From positions 288,001 through 352,000 of the forward strand of contig CAWIIV010000006.1 of NCBI GenBank assembly GCA_963836205.1: a stretch of DNA of 64,000 nucleotides. The letters run 5' to 3'. Source of the DNA: an uncultured Acidimicrobiia bacterium (GTDB taxonomy: Bacteria > Actinomycetota > Acidimicrobiia > Acidimicrobiales > AC-14). The position numbers and the translations under genes were made by a program. The notes beneath the pieces were generated by a model. The model was not told where the DNA came from, searched no databases, and saw only the letters and a program-made list of their open reading frames with translations. This document shows, piece after piece, positions 13,132-23,370 of this stretch. Numbering within the stretch: the stretch's first letter is position 1; every line of letters starts with the position of its first letter.

Positions 13132-15749
13132 GTGGGCCGTTGCACCGATTTCGGCGTGACAATCCAGTCCGGCTGCAACCATGCCATGCGGCGCGAGCAG
13201 TCCTCGTGCGCGTGTCCCGAGTGCAGCGTGGTGTGCCGCGGCAAGTACACCGGCCGCCCCGACGTGTGGGCCGCCGGCACCCGGGCCGAGGCGCCCACCG
13301 TCGTCCGTACGGGCGACCCCCGCGGCGCCGCTCCCGCTTGGAATGCCGAGGCCGACCCGCCGGCCACGGCCACGCCATCTGGCCCCCCCGCCAAAGTGTC
13401 CAATCGCCGGGCCGGCCGTGCCCAGGGTGGCGCGACCGATAGCGAATGGGTGATCGCCCGCTGCCGCCGGAGTCGATGGCGGGAGCAACTCCGCCGGCGC
13501 CACCGTCCCGGCCCACCCCGCGCTCCAAGACGGTGAAGCGCCGGTCCGGCCGCGCCCGCGGTGTCCGCATGGGCCCCGAATGGATGCTCGCCCCGCTGCC
13601 GACGGAGTCGCCGGCGAGCTCCGTCCCCCCAGCCCAGTCCGCTCCGCCCCCCCCACCAGCCCAACCAGCCCAACCAGCCCCACCAGCCCAACCAGCCCAA
13701 CCAGCCCCACCAGCCCCACCAGCCCCACCAGCCCAACCAGCCTCGCCAGCCTCGACCGGCCCGCCAGTCCGGTCAGTCCGGTCGACTCCGCAGGCCCCGC
13801 CGCCGGTGCCGGCTCCACCTGTGCAAACGGCCGTAACCCTGCCGCCGGTTCAGCCGGGCCCGCCGGAGCAGTCGGCACCCACATACGACGAGCGGGCGGC
13901 GGTGGCCCTGGACCGGCTCGAACAGCGGGCGGCGGAGATCGACGAGCGGGCGGCGGCGGTCGCACGAGCACTGGAGGGCGAACGAGCCCGACTGGAGCAG
14001 ATGGCCGTCGACCTGGCGGCCCGGGTACCCGTGACCGACGCGCCGGCCGCGGCGTCGGTGGCGGTGCTGGCCCGGCTCGAACAGCGGGCGGCCGAGATCG
14101 ACGAGCGGGCGACGGCCCACAACCGGGCGTTCGACAACGACCGGGCCTGGCTGGAGCGGCTGGCGGCGGAGTTGCCGGCGAAGGCCCGCCAACTCGACGA
14201 CCGGGCTGAAGCCCATCGCCTCGCGCTCGACCGCGAGCGGGCCTCCTTGGACGGCCTCGCCCGCGAGCTGACCGCTCGTTCCGAGGAGCTCGACGCCCGG
14301 GCGGCAGCCCACATGAAGGCCCTCGAGCGCGACCGCTCGGCTCTGCCCGACGACCTTCGGCGCTCGCTCGGCGCGACCCTGCCCGCCCTGGTGGCGGATG
14401 CCGTCCGGCTCGACGCCGCCCGCCGGGCCGAGCGCCAACCGCCCGCCCGGCCCGACTCCCCGGCCCCCCGCTCCGAGCCCGACCCCGTTGTCGAAGCTCG
14501 CCAGCGTTCGCTGGAGAAGCGCCTCGACGGCCTCACCCGCCGGGCCCAGGAGATAGACGAGCGGGTCACCACCCGCCTCCGGGCCATCGACGACGACCGG
14601 GCCGTCCTGGCCGACGTGGTCCGTCACCAGGACAAGATGGCCCAGGCGATAGCCGACGCCGACCTCGACGGCCGTCATCAACGACTGGTGGAGTGGGTCA
14701 ACGACGCCATCCCCCAGGCGGTGGCGGAGGCGGTCGACGCGGCCATGAAGGTGAAGGCGGCGGCGTTGTCGACGGCCGTCGGGCGGGTCGAGAAGGTTCG
14801 AACCGAGACCAAGACCATGGCCGAGACCATCCAGGAGTCGTCGGAGCGGATGCTGGAGGCCCTCTTCCGCCGCGACCAGGACAGCGCGGCCCAGCTCCAG
14901 GCGCTGGCCGAGGAGCAGGCGGCGATGACGGCGATGCTCGAGGGAGGTCGCGACGAGATCGCCCGGTCGGTGGTCAACAACCTCCCGGCGTTGGTCGAAG
15001 TCGCCGTCCGCACGGCCATGGAGCGTTACGCCACCGAGCGGAGATCGGGCGTCCAGGAGCTGTCCAGCCGGCTGCGGGCCGACTCCGACGTCATGCGGGA
15101 AGCCCTGCAACGGTCGTTCGAGAAGATGATGGAGGCGCTCGCCACCCGCGAGCAGTCCCTCGACGACCGGGCCGCCAGCCACGTCAAGGCCCTTGAACAC
15201 GAGCGGGGGATCGTGTCCAACCTTTGGGACCAGGCGGCCCGCACCGTCACCGCCGCCATGCCGACCCTGGTCGCCGACGCGGTCAAGGCCGCCGACCAAC
15301 TCGACCGGGCCGAGCTGGAGGCGGTCCGGCAGGAGACGAGAGCGGTGCGCGAGCAGACGGAGCGGGTGCGCGAGGAGAGCGAAGCCATCGCCGCCGAGCT
15401 CCGGGAGGCGATCGCCGACCTGAAGGAAGCCCTGGTCGACCGCGACGGAGTGGTCGAACGGCAAGCCGCTGCCTACGAGCGCGCCGTCGATGGCCTCCGA
15501 GTTGCCATGGCCCGGAAACCGGTCGAGCCGAAGGCGAAGCCGGCGGCCGAGCCGGAGCCCGCATTGGTGGCCACGGTCGTCGACGAGCCCGGTGGCGGCC
15601 GGGCCAGGTTCGGCGCCTCGGCGGTGCCCCGGGCCCAACGGGTGGAGCGCCGCATGCTGAAGATCGACGACCGCGACGACGCCGCCTGGCCCGCCCTCGG
15701 CCGCCGGCAAGCGGCGCTGTCCGACCTCCTGGACGCCGACGACGACTGA
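13132..15749 (+). CDS. Cys-rich N-terminal domain + Pro-rich linker + long repetitive coiled-coil protein (paralog A), probable 1-nt deletion at 13457-13459
   Basis: ORFs 13114..13536 and 13446..15749 join if one C is added to the CCC run; the restored RRAGRAQGGATDSEWVIAPLPPES matches the downstream internal repeat RRSGRARGVRMGPEWMLAPLPTES; N-terminus matches paralogs at 63366 and 63613. Confidence 0.75.
13653..13742 (+). repeat. Ten tandem 9-bp units (c[c/a]accagcc) encoding PPA/QPA
   Basis: Counted directly; in-frame coding minisatellite. Confidence 0.92.
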
Positions 15750-15790
15750 GCCGGCGGGGCCGCGCTGCCCCCGGCCGCGAGACCCAAGCG

Positions 15791-16093
15791 TCAGCTCGGC
15801 GGGTTCCCGACGACCGTGCAGGTACCGCCTGCCCACTCGGCCGTCCAAAACCGTTCCGGCTTGCTCGCGTTCTGCATCACGACGTAGTCCCGGCAGGCCA
15901 CTTCGTCGACCGTCAGGGTCTCCCGCAGCGGCCCGGGCACGAAGATGGTCCTGGGTTCCGTCGGCGGCGTCTCGCCTGTCCCTCCGGGATCGTCCCCCCT
16001 GCAGCTCCCGACCAAGAGCCCGACAGCCAGCACAACGACCGCCCGACGTAGCACCTCCCGCCCTCGTGAAGCGATCGCGGCAGGAACGCGCAT
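15791..16093 (-). CDS. Small putative lipoprotein, hypothetical
   Basis: RRAVVVLAVGLLVGSC lipobox-like signal, two further Cys residues; start uncertain. Confidence 0.45.
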   Translation of the reverse strand: MRVPAAIASRGREVLRRAVVVLAVGLLVGSCRGDDPGGTGETPPTEPRTIFVPGPLRETLTVDEVACRDYVVMQNASKPERFWTAEWAGGTCTVVGNPPS

Positions 16094-16125
16094 GACGCCG
16101 GCAAGGGTGTCACGCCGAGGGGCGG

Positions 16126-17142
16126 TCAGCTCGTCGCCCGGCGTCGGGCCCGGCGGGCGGGGCTGCGGAGCCACGGGCTTGCGGCATAGAAGGCCAGGAC
16201 CGCGACAGCGAGGAGGTCGGCGACGACCCGAGCCGCGATCGAACTCCCGAGCGACACGAGGCCGAGGGCTGAGCATAGGGCCATCAAGGCGGCCACGAAC
16301 CCGGTCGTTCGGGCGTGTGACCAGCCCAGGGACGTCAGCCGCTGGTAGGTGTGGGTGCGGTGCGGGAGGTAGAAGCGTGGCCCCACCTCCCGGATCCGCC
16401 GGCACGCGGTGCTCACCGTGTCGACCATGTAGAGGGAGAGCGGCGCCAGGACGGCCTCCGGTGCGATGCCCGCCCTCATGCCGAGCACAGCGAGCACCGC
16501 CATCCAGGCCCCGAGGACGTGACTCCCCACGTCACCCAGGAAGATCCTGGCGCCCGGGAAGTTGTAGGGCAGGAACCCCAGCGCCGCGGCGGCCACGACG
16601 GGGCCGCCGACGAGGAGGGCGGAGACGTGCTCGGCATCCCCGACGATCGCCCATGCCCCGCCGGCCACCACGGCCTGGGCCACCGAGATGCCGTTGATCC
16701 CGTCCATCTGGTTGAACACGTTCACGTAGGCCACCAACCAGATCAGGCAGCCCGCCCCGAAAACGACCCGCCACGCTGGCGGGCCGCCCAGCCCGTCCAA
16801 CAACCACACCAGGGACAGCCCGGCCAACGCGGCGTGGATCGCCGCCCGCAGGATCTGCGGCACCCCGCGCAGGTCGTCGACGAGGCCGACCAGACCGAAG
16901 GCCACGACCGCGAAGACAAGGGCCTTCCGGACGGTGGGGTCGACCGGCGCGGCGACGGCGAGTCCGACCAGCAGCCCGAGGGCGCAGGCGATGCCCCCAC
17001 CGCGCGGCGTGGGTATGACATGGGACGACCGTTCGTTCGGTTTGTCGACCAGCCCGAGAGGTCCGGCGAGCGCTAGCACCGCCGGCACGGTCGCTCCGGT
17101 CACCGCCAACGCGACGAGCGCGGCGATCCCCGTGCTCGCCAT
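16126..17142 (-). CDS. MraY/WecA (WbpL-like) polyprenyl-phosphate sugar-1-phosphate transferase
   Basis: DKPNERSSHVIPTPRGGG, GLVDD, NVFNQMDGING, FLGDVGS, HRTHTYQRL; multiple TM helices. Confidence 0.92.
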   Translation of the reverse strand: MASTGIAALVALAVTGATVPAVLALAGPLGLVDKPNERSSHVIPTPRGGGIACALGLLVGLAVAAPVDPTVRKALVFAVVAFGLVGLVDDLRGVPQILRAAIHAALAGLSLVWLLDGLGGPPAWRVVFGAGCLIWLVAYVNVFNQMDGINGISVAQAVVAGGAWAIVGDAEHVSALLVGGPVVAAAALGFLPYNFPGARIFLGDVGSHVLGAWMAVLAVLGMRAGIAPEAVLAPLSLYMVDTVSTACRRIREVGPRFYLPHRTHTYQRLTSLGWSHARTTGFVAALMALCSALGLVSLGSSIAARVVADLLAVAVLAFYAASPWLRSPARRARRRATS

Positions 17143-17216
17143 AGGAAGGATCGTACGACGCGCACCGCGGGCAAGTGGTTGTCGGAGACCGGGCGGCGCC
17201 GCGAGAGACTGAGCCG

Positions 17217-18176
17217 GTGAGACTCCTCCTCGTAGGCGAAAGCACCCCGTCATCGCCGGTCGAGCCGCTGAGGCAGGGACTCGCGGCCGCCGGGATCGAG
17301 GTCACCTTCGTCGACTCCACCCGGGCCGGCGGCGTCGAGCCGGCCACGACCCTCGGGCGCGTCCGCCTTCGCCGTCGGGGGCGTACGGCCGGCGAACGGC
17401 TCGTCGAGGCCGCAACCCAGCTCGCGCCCGACGCTGTGCTGATCGTCCACGGTCGCGGCATCGGGCCCGAGGCCATCGAGAGCGTGCGGTCGATGTCCTG
17501 CCCGGTGACCATCTACTACCCCGACAACCCCTTCTGGAGAAGTGCCGACTGGGACCCGGCGATGCCTCGGCTGGCTGCGGCCGACGCCGTCGCCGTGACC
17601 ACGGAGCGAATCGCGGGCCTGCTCGACGGGCGGGTGCGCTCGAAACCGGCGGTCGTGCCCCTTGGGTACGACGACCAGCGGTTTCCCTTGACGACGCCGG
17701 GCGCCGACCGCCACGGCCTGGCGTTCGTCGGTTCGTGGTCCCCCCGTCGGGAGCGATTCCTGGCCGCCCTTGATGGCCTGCCGCTGACCGTCGAGGGTTC
17801 GGGCTGGGAGCGCAGCCGTGTCCGACCTTCTCCCCCGGCACCGTCTCGGCGGGCTGCGGTCGGTGTGAACCTCCTCCACCCCCGCGCCGGCGGCAGCCAC
17901 AACGCCCAGACCCGCCAGATCCCGGCGTCGGGCGCGATGCTCCTCACCGATCCGGGAACCGACGGCACCCCCCTGGTCGACGGCGAGAGCTGCGTCTGGT
18001 TCCACTCGCCCGACGAGCTGCGAGCCAAGGCGGAATGGGCGTTGCAGCACGCCGATGAGGCAGTGGCGATCGCATTCCGGGGACAGGCTTTCGTAGCCGC
18101 CGACACGTGGACCCAGCGAGCCCGGGTGCTGGCCGGTCTGATCGGCGCCCTCGAAACCCAGGGAGCCCCCAGTTGA
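17217..18176 (+). CDS. Glycosyltransferase, CgeB-like (GT-B)
   Basis: YYPDNP, FVGSWSPRRE, SHNAQTRQIPASGAMLLT, DGESCVWFHSPDEL. Confidence 0.75.
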   Translation: MRLLLVGESTPSSPVEPLRQGLAAAGIEVTFVDSTRAGGVEPATTLGRVRLRRRGRTAGERLVEAATQLAPDAVLIVHGRGIGPEAIESVRSMSCPVTIYYPDNPFWRSADWDPAMPRLAAADAVAVTTERIAGLLDGRVRSKPAVVPLGYDDQRFPLTTPGADRHGLAFVGSWSPRRERFLAALDGLPLTVEGSGWERSRVRPSPPAPSRRAAVGVNLLHPRAGGSHNAQTRQIPASGAMLLTDPGTDGTPLVDGESCVWFHSPDELRAKAEWALQHADEAVAIAFRGQAFVAADTWTQRARVLAGLIGALETQGAPS

Positions 18177-19258
18177 GGATCGTCCACATCTACAAGGATT
18201 TCTTTCCGCCGCTCGCCGGCGGGATCACCCGCTACCTGAGCGATATCGCCGACGAGGCCGCCCGTCGCGGGCATCAGGTCGACGTCCACGTGGCCGGGGT
18301 CCGGCACTCGAGACGGGACGTGCTCCCGAGTGGCGTCGTGGTGCACCGCCACCGCGAGCTGGCCCGCATGCTCTCGACGCCGATCGCGCCGGGGCTCGTC
18401 CGGGAGCCAAGTCTCCATGGCGACGTCGTCCACGCCCATATGCCCAACCCGCTGGGCGAGCTCGGGATCGCCTTGAGCCGGCGCCACGTCCCGACGGTCG
18501 TGTCGTTCCACGGCCAGCTGGGCCGCCAGCGGATCCTCGAGCCCTTGTACGGCCCCGTGCGCCAACGCGTGCTGGACCGGGCGGCGGTGGTGTTCGCGTC
18601 CTGCGACAAGATGGGGGAAGCGGAGGAGCTGGCCTCCGTGCGGTCCAAGGTCGAGGTCCTGCCCTACGGGGTCTCACCGTCGGTGATCGCCCAGCCGGCG
18701 GCCGACACACACGCCGACGACCGGCTGCGAGTGATCTTCGTCGGTCGCCTCGTCTACTACAAGGGGCTCGACATCCTGCTCGACGCCATGTCGCGAGTGC
18801 CGGACGCCAGCCTGACGATCGTGGGTGAGGGGCCCCTCCGGAGCGACCTGGAGGCGCAGGCCGTCCGGCTCGGGATGCAGGACAGGGTTCGACTGGCCGG
18901 ATCGGTCAGCGACCAAGCCCTGCGGGAGCTCTACGGCAGCCACGACGCCGCGGTGCTCCCGTCGGTGTCCCGCGCCGAGGCGTTCGGGCTGTCGATGGCA
19001 GAGGCGATGGCCAGCGGCCTGCCGGTGGTGAGCACCAGGCTCGGAACCGGCACCGACTGGGTCAACGTGCACGAGGAGTCGGGGCTGGTCGTCGAGCCGG
19101 GCGATGCCGAAGCCCTCGCGGGGGCGCTGGCCCGGCTTGTGGATCCGGCGGAACGGCGCCGACTGGGCGCCGGCGCCCAGGCCCGGGCTCACCGCCTGTT
19201 CTCCTTCGACGACCACGTCGACCGCCTCCTCGCCGTGTATGAAGAGGTGGCCGGGTGA
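18173..19258 (+). CDS. GT4 family glycosyltransferase
   Basis: HIYKDFFPPLAGGI, HMPNP, FVGRLVYYKGL, EAFGLSMAEAMASGLPVV. Confidence 0.92.
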   Translation: MRIVHIYKDFFPPLAGGITRYLSDIADEAARRGHQVDVHVAGVRHSRRDVLPSGVVVHRHRELARMLSTPIAPGLVREPSLHGDVVHAHMPNPLGELGIALSRRHVPTVVSFHGQLGRQRILEPLYGPVRQRVLDRAAVVFASCDKMGEAEELASVRSKVEVLPYGVSPSVIAQPAADTHADDRLRVIFVGRLVYYKGLDILLDAMSRVPDASLTIVGEGPLRSDLEAQAVRLGMQDRVRLAGSVSDQALRELYGSHDAAVLPSVSRAEAFGLSMAEAMASGLPVVSTRLGTGTDWVNVHEESGLVVEPGDAEALAGALARLVDPAERRRLGAGAQARAHRLFSFDDHVDRLLAVYEEVAG

Positions 19259-20061
19259 CCACGACCACGCTCGTGGTGGGGGCCGCCGGCTACATCGGCG
19301 CGGCGGTGGCCTCACAGCTGGCCGCCATGGGCCACACCGTCACCGGCACCTCCCGCGCTCCGTCCCGGGCCGACCATGTGGTCGGAACGGCCGCCGACCT
19401 TCGCCGGTTGCTGGCGGAACACCCGTTCGATCAGGTCGTCTTCCTGCCCCACCTTGCTGGCAGCGGAGTAGATGCGCTGCTCGATCTGGTCGACGGTCCC
19501 CGGTGGCTGGTGTTCTCGTCGGCCCAACTCGCGTCCGCGGTGCCGGCCCCGGGCACCGAGACAGCGTTACAGCGGGAGAAGGACGCCTTGTCCCGGGGGG
19601 CCACGGTCATCCGCCCCACCATGGTGTTCGGGCGGGGTGGCGACCCGAGCATCACGCGCGTCATCCGCTTCCTCCACCGCTGGCACGTCGCCCTGCAGAT
19701 CGGCGACGGCAACCAGCAGGTGCAGCCGGTGCATGCCGACGACCTGGCTCTCCTGGCCGCCAGCCACGCGTTGCACCCGGTCGAAGGCCTCTACGGCGCC
19801 GGCGGGGCCGAGGTGGTCACCATGCGCGAGGTGGTCGACATGATCCGCGAGGTCGTCGGTGCCCGCCTTCCGCCTCTGCGGGTCAGGTCGTCCTGGCTGC
19901 GCCGGGTGGCCCCGATGGGCATCGCCGGGTTGCGGCTCGACCAGGTGCTGCGCCTCGACGAGGACAAGACCATCGACATCTCCAACACCCGGGCCACGTT
20001 CGGATGGGATCCGCTCCCGCTCGGCCAGCGCGTCGAGCAGGCGGTGTTGGAGGCTCTCTAA
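19255..20061 (+). CDS. Atypical NAD-dependent epimerase/dehydratase (SDR)
   Basis: VVGAAGYIG, IRPTMVFG, QPVHADDLA. Confidence 0.75.
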   Translation: MTTTTLVVGAAGYIGAAVASQLAAMGHTVTGTSRAPSRADHVVGTAADLRRLLAEHPFDQVVFLPHLAGSGVDALLDLVDGPRWLVFSSAQLASAVPAPGTETALQREKDALSRGATVIRPTMVFGRGGDPSITRVIRFLHRWHVALQIGDGNQQVQPVHADDLALLAASHALHPVEGLYGAGGAEVVTMREVVDMIREVVGARLPPLRVRSSWLRRVAPMGIAGLRLDQVLRLDEDKTIDISNTRATFGWDPLPLGQRVEQAVLEAL

Positions 20062-20783
20062 ACCTTGTCAGTGGACGGGACGGCGCGATCGAGGAACGCC
20101 TCGGCCGGCGCCGTCATCCGGATCACATGGAACGCCTCGGCGTAACCCACACCCACCTGGCTACCCCGGAAGAGAGCCAGGGCCCGAACCGCCTCCGACG
20201 AACGCGCGCCCGGGAACGGCTGGCACTGGCTCTCGTAACAAGCCATCGCCGCCAGCTTGGTGTCGATCTGGCCGCTGATGTCGACGGTCCAGTTCGGCGT
20301 GAAGGCCGGTTCGAGGTGAGGGGCGTTCCAGTGCGTCTCCGAAAGGACCTCATATGCGGCGAGGAGCTGGATCGACCGTTCCGATCCGATCGGCCGGGTT
20401 GCCACCATGGCCGCCTCGAACACCTTGCGGTGGTCGACGTGGCGGTCGGGGAAGGGCACCAACACGATGTCGGGCCGCACGTCGTGGACGATCTGGTGGA
20501 TACTCCCGTTGAACTCGGGGAGCGGGATGTCGCCGAGCAGCACCGCCGGGTAGTTGAGGAAGAGCGATTCCTTGACCCCGAGCTGGGCATGGGCCAGGCG
20601 GGCCTCCTCGAGGGTCTGCTCGTGGACGCCCGCCGGGTAGAGGGGCGGCATGTGGGCGGCGACTGTGAGCACGGTGATGTGCCCGCCGGCCTGCGCGAAC
20701 CTGGCCAGGGTGCCGCCCGCCCCGAGAGTCTCGTCGTCGGGATGCGGGGCCACGACCAGCAGCCGGGGCGACCTTTCGCTCAT
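20058..20783 (-). CDS. PIG-L family N-deacetylase
   Basis: APHPDDETLGAGGT, DRHVDH, ACYESQ, YAEAF. Confidence 0.9.
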   Translation of the reverse strand: MSERSPRLLVVAPHPDDETLGAGGTLARFAQAGGHITVLTVAAHMPPLYPAGVHEQTLEEARLAHAQLGVKESLFLNYPAVLLGDIPLPEFNGSIHQIVHDVRPDIVLVPFPDRHVDHRKVFEAAMVATRPIGSERSIQLLAAYEVLSETHWNAPHLEPAFTPNWTVDISGQIDTKLAAMACYESQCQPFPGARSSEAVRALALFRGSQVGVGYAEAFHVIRMTAPAEAFLDRAVPSTDKV

Positions 20784-22531
20784 GCCGGGCTGACCCCCGG
20801 CTTGTAGACCAGGAAGTCGCCGGCGGCAAGCACCTCGAGCCCCGTGGCCCAGAAGGTGCGCAGGGCGTCCTGGATGGTGCACACGATCGGCTCGCCCTTC
20901 ACGTTGAAGGACGTGTTCAGCAGGACGGGCACCCCAGTGCGCCGTTCGAAGGCCATCAGCAGACGATGGTACCGAGGTAGCACGTCGAGATGGACCATCT
21001 GGACCCGAGAGGTGCCGTCGACGTGGACGATGGCGGGCGCGTCCTTCTTGAGGCGATCATTGGCGGGGAAGGCGACGATCATGAACGGGGCGTCGGTGCA
21101 CCGGTCGAAGTAGCGGTCGGCCGCCTCGGCCGCCATCGACGGGCAGAAGGGTCGCCAGTATTCCCGGAACTTGACGATGGCGTTGACCCGGTCCCGGTTG
21201 CCCACGTCGGCGGGGTTGGCGAGGATGCTGCGCTGGCCGAGGGAGCGGGGGCCGGCTTCCATGCGGCCCTGGAACCAACCGACGATGCGGCCGGCGACGA
21301 GCTCGTCGGCCACAGACTCGCAGATGTCGGCGGGGCGGCTGTAGGAGAGGTGGGCGAGCTGCAACATCTGCTCGATGTCGGCGTCCGAGTCCTCCCACCC
21401 GAGGGCGAGGGTCCGCAGCGGGCGCGGGTAGACCCCGGTGGCCTGGGCGCAGGCCGCCAGGGCGGCACCAACCGCGGCCCCTCCGTCGGAGCACAGCGGT
21501 TGGGCGAAGACGTCGGCCACCTCCGGGTTGAGGAAGAGCCGGCTGTTCATCTTGACGTTGAGCCCGACGCCACCGCCGATGCAGACGTTGGCGATGCCGG
21601 TCTCACGGACCCCCCACACCACCAGCCGCTCGACGGCATCCTCGAGGCTCTCCTGCACCGCGTAGGCGAGGTTCTCGTGCCACTCAGTGATCTCTTCCTC
21701 GCGCAGGCGGGGCGGACGACCGAACAGCTCGACGAGACGGTCGGTGAAGCGATCGGAGTACTGGTGCGGGCCGTAGTGGATGTACGTTGGGTCGACCCGG
21801 AACTCGACGCCGTCGGGGGCAATTGACACGATCTGATCGACCTTGGCCCGGAGCTCGGCATCTGGACGCCCATAGGCAGCCAGGCCCATCACCTTGTACT
21901 CGCCGTCGTAGGCTTCGAAGCCCAGGAGCTCGGTGAAGGCGGCGTAGACCCATCCCAGGGAATGGGGCATCAGGATCTCGCGCACGGGCGTGATCTCGTG
22001 CCCACGCTTGCACCAGAGGACGGTGGTGTGCTGGTCGCCGGAACCGTCGACGGTGAGGCAGATCGCGTCTTCGAACGGCGATTCCATGGCCGCATGGAAC
22101 GCGTGGGTGTAATGGTGCGGTATTGGTACGAGGGGAGGAAACTTCACGTCGCCGAACGCTCGACGCCATTTCTTCTCGTGATAGGCGCGGCACGAAGCCT
22201 CATTGAACTTTCGGCACACTGCGCCTTGCCAGGCGATCGTCTGGGCGTCCACGGGCCATTCTTGGCGGAGGCCATCGAAGAACCGCGCCATGGTCCCGTC
22301 AGTGAAGGCCGGAAGATTCCAGTTGACGCCTACCCCAGCCACCTCCTCGATAGTGACGCCAGCGACGTCGAGGCAGTACTGGAGCGCCCGAATGGGATAG
22401 ACGTTGTAAGCGTGCTTGAAGCGGATGTGGCGTTCCTCCTCGGCGTACGCGAGGACCTCGCCGTTTCGCACCACCGCCACCGCGGGGTCGAAATGGCCCT
22501 CGAACATCCCGAGAAACACCTCGTCACTCAT
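20780..22531 (-). CDS. Carbamoyltransferase (NodU/CmcH/TobZ family)
   Basis: EEERHIRFK, HHYTH, DGSGD, EYKVMGLAAYG, GGVGLNVKMN, GRMEAGPRSLGQRSILA, HVDGTSRVQ, LLNTSFNVKGEPIV. Confidence 0.95.
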   Translation of the reverse strand: MSDEVFLGMFEGHFDPAVAVVRNGEVLAYAEEERHIRFKHAYNVYPIRALQYCLDVAGVTIEEVAGVGVNWNLPAFTDGTMARFFDGLRQEWPVDAQTIAWQGAVCRKFNEASCRAYHEKKWRRAFGDVKFPPLVPIPHHYTHAFHAAMESPFEDAICLTVDGSGDQHTTVLWCKRGHEITPVREILMPHSLGWVYAAFTELLGFEAYDGEYKVMGLAAYGRPDAELRAKVDQIVSIAPDGVEFRVDPTYIHYGPHQYSDRFTDRLVELFGRPPRLREEEITEWHENLAYAVQESLEDAVERLVVWGVRETGIANVCIGGGVGLNVKMNSRLFLNPEVADVFAQPLCSDGGAAVGAALAACAQATGVYPRPLRTLALGWEDSDADIEQMLQLAHLSYSRPADICESVADELVAGRIVGWFQGRMEAGPRSLGQRSILANPADVGNRDRVNAIVKFREYWRPFCPSMAAEAADRYFDRCTDAPFMIVAFPANDRLKKDAPAIVHVDGTSRVQMVHLDVLPRYHRLLMAFERRTGVPVLLNTSFNVKGEPIVCTIQDALRTFWATGLEVLAAGDFLVYKPGVSPA

Positions 22532-23181
22532 GATCCGAGGCTCGCGATCGGATAGATGTCGACAGGGAGGACCCGGTGCCGGTAGACCTCGCCGAGCGTG
22601 CACCACGGCGAGTCCATGATGAGGGATGTCATCGCGTCCCGCGACACGTGCATGTGGTTGACCCCCATGTAGGTCGTGACCGGATGGTCAAGCCGCTTCA
22701 ACTCGGACAGGTACTGCTCGACGACGACAGTGCCGGCCGGCCCGCCGTCCCATTGCGAGCGACGGTCCTCGGGAAGGTTCCGGTGGGCTCCGCTAGCACT
22801 CGGCACATAGGGTGGGTTGAACACGACAGTGTCAACGCGCTCGGTCACATCGTCGAAGAACCGCGAGCAAACCACCTGGATCGGTGCCTCGTTCAAGGCA
22901 ACATTGGCCCGGGCCAACTCGACGATGTCGGGGTTGATGTCAGCCGCGGTGACGTGGCACCCGACGCGCTTCCAAAGGGCTATCCCCAGGACGCCCACCG
23001 ACCCAGTCCCGAGATCGAGAACGCGCGAGTCGGCAGAGAGAAGTTTCGCCATCCGCCGGTAGAGCACGACGGACGTGACGTCAAAGTAGAGGTCATCCTC
23101 GGGCAGCGGTTGGAACCGGATACCGAAGACAACACGAGCGAGGATCCGCTGCCGGGCGAGAGCGTCCGACGTGCGAGCCAA
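22528..23181 (-). CDS. Class I SAM-dependent methyltransferase with NPPY motif
   Basis: VLDLGTGS, ADINP, FNPPY, WDGGPAG; coupled to the carbamoyltransferase. Confidence 0.85.
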   Translation of the reverse strand: MARTSDALARQRILARVVFGIRFQPLPEDDLYFDVTSVVLYRRMAKLLSADSRVLDLGTGSVGVLGIALWKRVGCHVTAADINPDIVELARANVALNEAPIQVVCSRFFDDVTERVDTVVFNPPYVPSASGAHRNLPEDRRSQWDGGPAGTVVVEQYLSELKRLDHPVTTYMGVNHMHVSRDAMTSLIMDSPWCTLGEVYRHRVLPVDIYPIASLGS

Positions 23182-23370
23182 GATTGGGTGCAGCGTGAGA
23201 TCACCGCCTTCAGTGGGATGGGCGGAGCAGCCACGTGTGCATCGAGCCGCTCGACCAGAGCCTACTCAGCGTCGATCCCCCGGCGGTGCACCCCGACTGT
23301 CGCCGAGTCACGAACGCGTTCGGGGGAGCGGTCGCCCGCTCCCCGAACCCCACTGCGGTGCGTCTGTGCT

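Noticed and set aside
13653-13742. Short tandem array as a possible CRISPR or iteron region
   Set aside because: 9-bp units with no spacers, in frame within a Pro-rich linker; no cas genes.
22528-23181. prmC/hemK or DNA adenine methyltransferase (NPPY)
   Set aside because: Too short, lacks the PrmC N-terminal domain and any target-recognition domain or restriction partner; coupled to a carbamoyltransferase.
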